Shown here in pieces: positions 13,654-25,100 of a DNA stretch of 62,594 nucleotides (position 1 is its first letter; each line of letters opens with the position of its first letter). The notes under the pieces are model-generated. The model worked only from the letters and a program-made list of their open reading frames with translations, searched no databases and had not been told where the DNA came from. Origin of the DNA: Ruditapes philippinarum (taxonomy: Eukaryota); contig NW_026863092.1 in assembly GCF_026571515.1 (NCBI RefSeq), positions 124,001-186,594 of the forward strand, written 5' to 3'. The position numbers and the translations under genes were made by a program.

Positions 13654-14731
13654 GGAGTTCGTATGATAACTTGTCAAGGAGTTCTTGTGATAACTGTCAC
13701 GGAGTTCGTCGGAAAACTATTGTATATACTGCAAAAATACTCGTCAAAAATAGTAATTTTCATCTTTAAAAAGTGAAATTTAGGTGCTAAATTAAACTTT
13801 TAATGATTAAGCTTGCCTTACATATTGTATTATGTGTCAAAAACTAATTCATAGTCCATTTTTCATCGCCTCTTGCTTAAAATCTGGTAGTTTTGAGTAA
13901 AATTTTCAAATTCTTTGCCAATTCGCAAGTATTAACCTGTATATTTCAAGTCTTCATTCTTGCAATACATAATTACCTAATCATAATGCAAAATTGCAAA
14001 CATAAAGCCCCGGCTAACAAATTTATACCCGATTTTTCAAATGTTCCGAAGTTCTTGTGATACCTCAAAATATGTCCTGGAGTTCTTATGATAACTTTTG
14101 TTACTGCCAATATGTTTCTTGTGCTAAATCACGGCACGTTTTAGCGGTTTTTATTATTCAATAAGGTTGTAAACACTTATGAAATATATTACGCTCATCC
14201 TGTGCACAAAAAAGTGTATAAAATGTTGGTCTTGAGTGTCTACAAAGGATAAACATGTGATAGGTTATCATCTACAGTTAAGATTGAATCAGCGGCAGTA
14301 TCATGGCCTAAACCACAAAACAAAATGTCTCAAAACTGTCACGTTGTTTTCAGCTATCTTTCTTAAGCAAGTATTATATAGTTGTGCATCGCTTATCTAA
14401 AGGGCTAAGTAATTTGTATCATTTTATACCATAATAAACAAGTGCATGTATAAAACCAGGGTAATTTCTTCAAACCTATGTTTCCAAAAAGTACAAGAAC
14501 TCCGGAACATTTGAAAAATCGGGTAGAAATTTGTTAGCCGGGACTTTATGTTTGCAATTTTGCATTATAATAATATAATAAGGTAATAATGTATGGCAAA
14601 GATGAAGACTTGAAATATTCAGGTCAATACTTGCGAATTGGCAAATAATTTGGAAATTTTACTCCAAACTACCAGATTTGAAGTAAGAGGCGATGGAAAA
14701 TGGACTATGAATTAGTTTTTGACACATAATA
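13654..14731. mobile_element. Second, truncated and internally deleted copy of the long-TIR element
   Basis: Matches the left arm and internal region up to ~14493, then jumps into the right arm; both termini are missing. Confidence 0.85.
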
Positions 14732-14907
14732 CCTACCTACCTACTTGTTTATTTTTTATTTTTGTTAATTCATTATTGTTTTTTTAATTTATTAAATCTA
14801 ATTAATTTATTCATATATTAATTATTTTCATTTATTTATTTATGGTGGGAGAGAGGTTGTTAATAAGTTATTGTAGACGGGCCTCGGGGGTGTATGTTAT
14901 ACATTGT

Positions 14908-15313
14908 ATAGAGGATATTTGTTTAGTTCAGTGTAAGATCGGAATATATTTCACCGAGTGAGCATCTTAAGGTATATTTCACGAGTGGCGTAGCCACGAG
15001 TGAAATATGAACTTATGGTGTTCATGAGGTGAAATATATTCCAATCTTATTCTAAACTAAACAAAAATTTTCTTTGTATTATATGCAAAGAAACGTTTAA
15101 AAAGACATTTAAACGTAATACTATATGAAAAGCGCGCCAAATTATAATACAACGTGACATCTTTTACGAAGTTGGTCATTGAAACAACGTAAGGGGCTTA
15201 AATTCAAAATAATGAAAATATCAAACTGATAATTTCATTGTTTAAACAGTGAAATTATCATTTTTTATATTTTACTGATATATTATTATAAACCAACGAA
15301 AAGCATGTAATAA
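14908..15313. mobile_element. Hairpin-ended non-autonomous element (Crypton- or Helentron-like), family B copy 1
   Basis: ~150 bp imperfect hairpin centred on CACGAGTGGCGTAGCCACGAGTG plus short subterminal inverted repeats; inverted relative of 25212-25761. Confidence 0.65.
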
Positions 15314-16410
15314 AAATAAGAAATAGACTGCCTCTTTTCTCCCCTTTTCTATGGCTAATTTGCGGTATAGAACAACATACAATTGGTTTTCAAAAGTTGC
15401 AAATTTTAATAACAATCATGTGTTTTTTTGTTTTATTTTATTACAAGCTCACATATAAATACAAATTCAAAAGTAACGTATTGCCTGGTAGACTTTTAAT
15501 TCAAAAGTTTGGTTTAATATTGTATTGCGTTACAATATATATGATCGTAATTCACCTTTTTGGACTTTATGCTGTGTTTACTATCATATCTCACACAGTA
15601 TCTATCAGTTGTAACCGTTTACAGTTCGCCTGCACAAGCTTAATCTTATGTGTTTGGATACATACATTCATATTTAAATATGTGTAAGTCTTTTCTATTT
15701 TCTATCATCAACTTATCTGAAAATATTGAATAATTTATAAATAATATCATAAACTGTTTAGTTTTTAAAAGTTTCTTCTTCTATTTGATTAATACTCTAC
15801 CAGTTTATCTACATTAAACGACAGCACCATAGTGCAGTAACGGGTTAACACCTGTTGAACTATAATAGGACTTAACCCGTTACTGCACTAAGGTGATGAT
15901 ATGATATTAAAAATGCTTGCGTTTTGTTGTGTTTTAAACCACTAAAGCTTTTGCACCTATTCGTGCTGTGCGACTGAGATTTTGCGAGGGAGGAAAATAC
16001 TCTATAACTTAAACCATGATATTATTCAAATTCGATTATTAAAACTATGTGTGTGCATTTAACATTTTAAAGTATGTCCATCATATTAAACGTAGGTTCC
16101 TATACTTTACGCTAGGTAACGTAACTGAGATGATAATACGAAAAGCTATATATGGTTTAAATCACTCTACCGATATAGATAAAATACAGTAAGGTCTCGG
16201 TATTAAGTCCATTCCGGTACAATCTCAGTTAACATAAAAATATGTTTTCTTTGATATATTTTATTGATAGTCTAATACATTTATTTAGATAAGGACAGTT
16301 AAAGGACATAGAAAACGACCCGGAACGTAATAAAATATACTCTGCAATCGCTTATTAAGTCTTTGATTTTAAGGAGGGTGTTTTATTTATTTTATTTATT
16401 ATTTATTATA

Positions 16411-16633
16411 TGAGCCGCGTCACGACAAAACCAACGTTATGCGTTTGCGACCAGCATGGTTCAGGACCAGTCTGAGCATCCGCGCAGTCTGATCAGGATC
16501 CATGCTGTTCTCTATTTAATAGGGTTTGTAAGCGAACAGTATGGATCCTGATAAGACTGCGCGGATGCGCAGGCTGGTCTGATTCCATGCTGGTCGCAAA
16601 CGCATTACGTTGGTTTTGTCGTGACGCGGCTCA
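16411..16633. mobile_element. Palindromic MITE family A, copy 1
   Basis: TGAGCCGCGTCACGACAAAACCAAC...GTTGGTTTTGTCGTGACGCGGCTCA with TA flanks; each arm contains its own palindrome. Confidence 0.88.
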
Positions 16634-16652
16634 TATTATTCTTCATGTTTAG

Positions 16653-18597
16653 CTACCGAGTACAAGTATGACATTGACAACTTTGAAGTATCAGATGATA
16701 TGAAGAAAAACTTTGACAAAGATGGATATACTATAATTCGGTAAGTGAAAGTTTGAACATTTTATAATATAGGGTTAACGTACGTTTTTCCGTGTTATAA
16801 CGTCTGCAGAGTCCCGAGGAACGGTTGTTGCCTGAGCCCGGTAGGGCGAGGGCTCCAACAGTTCCGAGGGACTCTGCAGACTTTATAACACGAAATAAAC
16901 GTGCGTTAACCTATTATAGCATAAAATTTTAAAACAGATTCATGATGTCGATTTAATACAAAACACATACATTAAATCCTTGTGCTTGGACGGTATTTAT
17001 CCAATTCTACATGTTTTACATATGCGTTTTATTCTTCCGGGGCCAACATCTTTGGAAATATAAATGCTCAGAACCGGACGAAATTTCGAATTTTAATTGA
17101 TTTAACAAAGCTTAACATTGGAGATTTATCAACTTAAGAAACAATACACATTAAATTACTCCACAGACACTTGGGGTTTGGAGCTCAAAACGCCTTTAAA
17201 ATCCAAATAAAATGCATATTTGTCAATCCTAGCACATGTACTGATCATATATATAAAGAAAACTAAATATAAGCTGTTTTGAAAAAAAAAATCATATTTC
17301 AACATCTATAATAATTATAGATGTTGAAATATGACATTTTTTCAAAACGGCTTATATTAAAGTTTTTTTATATATATATATGATCAGTACATGTGCTGGG
17401 ATTGATAAATATGCATTTTATTTGGATTTTAAAGGCGTTTTGAGCTCCAAACCCCAAGTGTCTGTGAATTACTCTACCCAAGGCAAAACATGACCCTCAG
17501 AAATTCCTAGAATTATTTCTGATTGACGGTAGAAAAAAGATCAATGACATCAGAATCGTTTTTTTTTTCAAGCACACAAGTTTATAAAAAAAATCAGGCA
17601 CTAAACATTATTCTCTCAAAGAAATATAAAGAGCATTTATCAATATAAACATCAATAAAACAACATTTTCTCATATTCATTTTGTGTTATCTTGTTTTGT
17701 AAGTTACTCGGAGGGTTTGTTTACATTGACAACGGTCCGTTTCTTAGAAAGGGCGACAACTAAGATTAGCGGCGATGTCTATACGCCGTATTTCCGGCAT
17801 AGTTACTTGAATGCTGCTCGCCGTTACTTATGCGATTGATGCCCTCGAATCAATAATTTCAATATAACAAAAGCGCATGACTCTTTGGCAAACAAGGCCA
17901 AATCGTCATTTTTTGTTTGTTTATGTATTGCGGATAGGTAAAACTGGGCTTTAACAAGAGCGCGTGACTATGTTAACACATGGTTTTGGTCCCGTTATAA
18001 CATGGGCAAAAGAGGGAAAAATAGCCGAATTTATGCTATAATATGTGTTTCTAAACAAGACGACGAATAAACAGTTCACTTTCAAATATCTCTTAATCAG
18101 TATAGCAGACACCATATTATATGTATACAAGTCCATTAAAAGGCTTAAAGCAAGAAACTTTTCTTTTTCTATTTCACAAATGTGTTTAACATATTGTTTC
18201 TGTGATCATGCATTTTACACCGCCGGCTTATAATTCTACAAAATATTTAACACTACACCACTGACTTGGATTAAAAAAGAAAATATAAAAAATTTAAGCC
18301 TGGCTTATTTCTGTAATGTTGTACATTTCTTATTGCATTACAGCTCTGTAGTCTTAACTTCAACATCGTCACGAAATATCATATTGATTATCTCTTTTAA
18401 TAAACATGATTTTTAAAGAGTGCATTTCTAAAGTATACAAGCATTGAATTAAAAATATACTTCATTTGCAAAAACATGCACATTTTCAGAAACCTGTTTA
18501 ATAAAGATGAAGTACGCAAGATTGAAAAAACTATAGTTGAAGGAGGAATGATGGAGCATTCGTATAAGGTAAATATAAGCTGAAAACGTCAAACAGC

Positions 18598-18687
<90 letters not shown>

Positions 18688-19057
18688 TTGGAGAAAATAA
18701 ACGTTCATACAGTGCTAAAGTAAAAAAATACCCAAGTACTTTCGGCGTATTATGCCTTCATCAGGGGTGTATTACATGCATAATGTGCACACAATAGAGC
18801 ACAAAATCTCAATACGTGTGTACTGTATAGTATCAAAAAGTTCAAATTGAGATTTTGTGCTCTATTGTGTGCACATTATACATGTAATACACCCCTGATG
18901 AAGGCACAATACGCCGAAAGTACTTGGGTATTTATACTTTAGCACTGTATGAACGTTTATTTTCTCCAAATTTATTGTTTTTTCCACGTTCTTGTATCCT
19001 TCTTTGGATCCAGTGTTTTTGAAAGGTATTTTGTAGATGCAAAATATTTTTCACAAA

Positions 19058-19108
<51 letters not shown>

Positions 19109-22100
19109 AATTGCAGTGTATTTAACTGTGTTTTTTTGATGTTGTTTTTTTGTGTTGTTTTTTGTTTCGACTATTACACAATTTTTGATCAGATCAAATC
19201 GGGACAGTCAATCTAACTTATTGCCGTTCCTGGATTATCTATTTTTCTACATGTACCTGGTGATGGTGAGACATAGCTATACATAGATCCCTGACCTGTT
19301 TGATTCTATATATTAGATACGTGGATACAAAAAGAATTTCATTACAACATATTTGAGCACATGTCAATGTCTGTGGTGAAATCTATTGTTATTGAAATGA
19401 AAGGTCGGAAAACGGATTTGTCAATTAGACTCAACGTTGAAGATAAATTATCATGACGATATTTCGCCTCGCCCGAAGATTAAACTACGAACCCCTGAAT
19501 TATAAATCCCATGCCCCCCCCATATTGATCTCATACAAATGGACTCGGCCCGTTGAATTTTCGTATTCATTGTTCTGTAATAAATCAATCACATTTGAAG
19601 CTTAATTCTGTATTCCACTGTTCTTGATGAATTCAACTTTAAACATTAACACTATCTTAGTCCAATGAGGCCCAATATATAATAGGTTAGCCATCTACTT
19701 TTTCCGTAATGGGTTGAGACCAAAATTAATATACCAAATACGGGAAATCGCTACATACGACATAGTGTGAAGTCACGAAATCACTTCTTTTATTAGACGC
19801 CGTGTGCAAGCGGCGTCTAGAAGACATCAACAATGGGGAAAATTTTAGTCTTGTTTTATAAAACTTCGTCCCACGGGGGCGCGGAGCGTGTTTTCGCTCC
19901 CCGCCCTCGCCGTTTTATTTCTTAAATCTCGTCCCGCGCCCTCGCTAATTAGCGTTTTTTTCGTCCCGCGACCCCGCCCTTTTAACTTGTAAATTCTCGA
20001 CTTTTCGCTTGGCGGGGTCGCGGGGTGAAAATACGAATGACACAAATCAGCCACCATACTTAAGTAATTTTCAAAATGCTTGCAGAAATTGGTGTTTAAT
20101 ATACGGTGCTTTGTGATAACATTAATTTGGCGTGGTCATGTGGGGGTTGTATCAAATATTTTGTACCAAATTTAATTTAGCCGATTTGATGTTGCACATT
20201 GATGGTGTTTCTTGTAAAATTGGTTATAGATACCGGACAAAGATGGCCGCTCCCCGAATATTGGTTTATGGCAGCATCCAGGAAATGACGTCACAGGTAT
20301 GATGACGAGATGTGAAAAGGTCGTTACTACAGCAGAAAAGGTGATTTTTATACATACGAGGGCTGTTCAAAAAGTTCGTGGATTGCGGCACTACTGTTCA
20401 CATCTTTTAATTTGCGTACACGATTTTACAAGATACAAATATTGGAATATGTCCTTAAATACAGTGAAAAAATCAGTAAAATGTGTTTACAAATAACAAT
20501 TCTGTGAAAATTACAAGTAACAAGTGTTACGCGACCCGGCGCACGCTAATGATTAAACAAAATGACGTTCGTGACGTCGATATTTATAAGCGTCATTGCT
20601 TCTAAAAGTTCATTTTCGTGAGTTCTATGTCTCCAAATTATTTAACCATAACCTTTTTTTCTGTTTGTTATAATGTAGCGAGAAAGAAAGCGGTCACATT
20701 TCGCTCCATTCTCCGAATAAGAGTCCGAGAGCTAACCCCTTTCTTTATCACGAATTTGAGTAATCTTGACACTTTAAGGACATTGGTATCAATTTGATTC
20801 AAATGGTGATTTATAGTATCAGTTTAAAACCACCATTGCCTGATCTTTAAACAATATGATTCTTTACAGTAAAAAAATATGTTATCAATTGACAATTGTT
20901 ATCTGCGGTGAATCTACTGAACACGTCTAGCATTTAATATCAAACAAGTTAGGGAAAATAAATGTAATGCAAATAGTAGCTACATTTATTAATTGTAAAT
21001 ATGTATGCATCCTGATGAATAATATAAAATATTGTTTAAATTTAATTGTTTGGTCAGAATTGAATGTGTAGACCTGATGCAGGTATTAAACATGCCGGAC
21101 AGCTCGCACACCTTTCATACTGTCCATCCTCCTGTTAAACTTTTGTAATTGACGTTCAAAACGTCGTGACGATTGACCGCTTTCTCCCTCGCCTATTTCT
21201 GTCCGTGGTCAATTTATTCGCCGGTTTTTGAATCACTTGCGCCAGTTGAAACCGAGTGACCAGGTAGCAGACCAGTTTCCTTTGTTAATTTAACCACCTC
21301 ATATGAAGATGAAAAAGTATCCTTATTTTGATGGCAAAACTTCCCGAAAAAGTGAATTTTTGGTTTTTAAACGGACTTCACATTTCGCAATTAACGCTTC
21401 TTGTTTGTTTAGCCATTCAACGTCCAAAATGACGTCGAATTTCAGAGTCATGTTATTTAAATATTAACAGATGTTTACCCGCATTTTACCTTATGAAATA
21501 ACCGTTAAATTTATTTCAACATTTGTTTATATTTAAACATAATATGAAAATCTTGGCGTGCGCCGATGTTGCGTTGTCATGGTTATTAAAGTGCACATAG
21601 TTTGCAACGGATGTAAAATTATAAGATAAAAGTAAAACTTACTTTTAGAAATAAAGACATAATTTCGATTCATATCAAGCAAGGATGTTTTTAATAACCA
21701 AGTAAAAAATGACAGCAAAAGTCCACGAACTTTTTGAACATACCTCGTATTTCACGTGCAAATCTACTTAATGTAGATCATCATTATTGTTCAAAATTTT
21801 ATAGCTTTTCAATTTTGCCGACTAGAAAAATATCGCAAAATTGTCATGGTCTTGAAATCTTTGTCAAATGTTCGTAATTTTGTGCTTATAGTATCAATGA
21901 AAGTTGCATCCCTTTCATGCGTTTCAATATGGTGCAAAATTTGGGTATTTATTCGCTAGTTATCTTTTAATTTCTATTTATCTAATTTATATTTGTATTC
22001 ATTAAATTCTTATCTATAATCATATAGATTTAAATTGATTAAAAGAAGTTTAATTGCTACTTTTTAATTGACAGTTAAACATTTGTTTTTTGATACTGCA

Positions 22101-25100
22101 GAATGTAAGGATCAATTGTTTCTACTTCTTGTTCAAACTAGTGATTAGATATTATGTTGCATACTTCTTTCTTTTCAATTTGAATAATTTAGTTTTAACT
22201 TATGATCTTGAGCGTCCTTTCTTTTAAGAATACAAAGTGGGTTACGTAACACTGAAATAAAATCTATACGAATGCACCTAGATAAATACAAACTGCAATA
22301 ACACGAATACGAAATTACATCTGAAATTTAAATTTATACATCTGGCCGTGAACCAATATTTCCGTACAAGTCCGTAATTTCTGACGGTGTAACCGTTGAA
22401 ATATTCTCTTCAAAAAAAATCCACGAAATCCAGGGTAGCACTCCACAGTTAATTTCAAGTTCCTGCAGTCAATGTCCTACAAGCAATACGTCTAACAATT
22501 CTGATACCAAACTACACAACCTGGAAAAAGAAAACACATTTTGTTGAGAATATATATGACATAAGATTGCAAATCTACAAAGAAATCATCCCATCTGCAA
22601 TAGGCAGGCAGTCAAAAAAGTTGCAATTCATTCCGTTGAAGCCCAAAAGCTACAGTGGCCCGAGACCCTAAACAACACATTTCGTCCCTCTGGCAAAAAA
22701 TACCTACAAACATACAGGCTTAAGGAACACCGTCTCTGCTTTAGCAACTCCCTATACATGCAAAATATCACAAGGAAACTGGTGCTCAACATTGTAGATT
22801 TTTGCTACTGCTAAAATAGTGTACCCTCCTGTAAAATGACTTGTTTTTACCATGCATGCTGTTTAAAAGCTACGTTTAAAAAAAATGGCGGCCTTGACAT
22901 CTATAATCAACAGCATGTGATTTCTGGCCATGGTTTCGAATTTGCCAGTGATCATATTAGATGTCACAAAAACAAATTTCATGCTGAAAATGCACTTTAA
23001 AGACAACCAGTCATTTAGCCTTTTCCCTTATATAGACATGTTTTGACGGTTTTTTGCCCCCCCCCCCCCTTTTTGAGGCCTCAAACAGTGAAAAACGCCC
23101 TATATAGCCCCCAAACACTGTTTTTCATTTGAGAAATGTTGTTAAAAAGTGACCACTTTTCGGCGCGGCCCCCATCAAAATAGTACATCAGGGGGTTGCC
23201 AGAAGGGGAATGTGCCCCGTTCTGTTTGGGGGTTTGAAGGGTGCGGTAGTCCCCCTCATCGCTAAGAAAATTTGGACATGTGACCGGCTAAATATGGCCT
23301 CAGGTCGATTTCAGGGTAACTAGTAACCGACGCTGTCAAAAAGCCTTTTACTCTATGTTAATTCATTGAGGAGTTGCAGCACTTTGAAATCAGTTTTGAT
23401 GGAAAAACAATGCAAAAAAGTGGTTTTTCGCAATTTTGAGACGTCCCCCGTTGCCATGGTAACAGAAAATTTTTACGATTGAGCATACTGTTACAATGGT
23501 CCAGTCAACATTTGTGCCAAGTTTCATGAGTATTGAAGCATTTTTCATAGTTTCATAGCAGTTTGAACTTGTAACAGGAGGCTTTTCAATGAAAACGGCC
23601 ATTTTTCACAATATGCTCATGGGGTAAAAGGTTAAATCCAGAATATTCACTATATCCAAGAAATCCTCCCTGGCCATTCAAAGCTGTGGCTTACATTACT
23701 GTAGTGTGGGATTAAATCGCCGCGTAGCATTGTATCCTCACACCTTGTGCTCACGGAAAATACCGAAGCGATACATGAGTTACTTAGATTTTGCGCTAGA
23801 ATTTTAGGTCTGGTACCCAGCTAGGACACAAAAAAGCAAATATTAATCACGTGGTTTCTAGTTTTTTTTATTTGTTCTGCTGTTCTTATTGAAATGAGTC
23901 AGTTTTATTTCGCTTAAGGTTGTTTAATGTTAAAAATTTCATAAAGTAAGAATATGGATAAATCTCTATAACAACAATTCTTATAGCCTCTACATACAAA
24001 TTTATTTTCAGGGTGAATCGAATGGGAATAAGAGTTGCACAAATACATTTGTAAGAAACAAGTTCGAGAAAACACACTTTCTTTTAAATAAGTAGAAATA
24101 GCACATGTTTAAAACAAAAAGTAATTTATTGGTATTAAACGAATTAAGATGAAGTATTATGATATTACAACTTACTATAAACATAGTAAGAATGAATAAA
24201 TAAATATTTAAGTAAAATACTTTCATTTAATCATAGATGAATAAAATTTGTAGGAATATGATTTAATCTTAAGCAAATGAAAACAAGTAGTCAAATGAAT
24301 AAATACCTAAATTCTGCTCAATATTTCAAGTTGAACTTACTATTAACTCGAGAGATTTTAGAATAACTACATGTTCTGAAAGTTGTTATCATTTCGTTAT
24401 GTGACGTATTATACATGCTTAGACAGTCATCCTGATTCTTATTTATGTCCCGTGTGAAATAGAATGTTTTTATCGTCTGTAGATTAAACTTTTAAGTTAT
24501 TTTCAGCTTCTTGGAGTGGAGGAGTTGTACCATTACCACTGTAAATTTCTAATCAAAGAACCAAAAGTTGGCGGAAGTTTTGAATGGCACCAGGATTATG
24601 GGTAATGATAAATGAATGTATGATCATTATAAAATGGCATCGCAAATAGTTCTATGGAAATGATTAAACTTTTACAACGTACTAATATTAAGTATATATA
24701 GAGTCTCCCTCTCTCTATATATATTTGATTGGCGTTAGTTGATTCGTCAAGAACACACCTTAATTTCAAATCTTGTTGTCTATAGTTTAGACTGTTTGAC
24801 ATACACCTTATAAAATGTAGCCAATGAAATCCAGCTTGTATCGCGTATTCTCCTAATCCCACAATATTTACATTACAAGTATTTGATCCAATCTTATCAA
24901 ATCAGCCTCGTTTTCATTCTTCCATTCTAAAAATTCCATATCAAATCCATATTGTACTCGGATAAACAAAGTTCTGCAAAATATCAATAAATGGTTGTGT
25001 AAAAGAAAGTGGTCAGTACTATACAGATTTTATTGGACTCGTAACAGCTACAAAACTGAAATACAACTCGTCTTGCTATAGTGTTCCGTCCAATAAAGGT

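Larger units (their letters stand above)
18683..19059. mobile_element. Penelope-like retroelement remnant (inverted pseudo-LTR) inserted in a (TA)n microsatellite
   Basis: ~130 bp inverted arms (18683-18813 / 18846-18975), each with a hammerhead motif, plus an ~85 bp tail; (TA)n on both sides. Confidence 0.72.
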
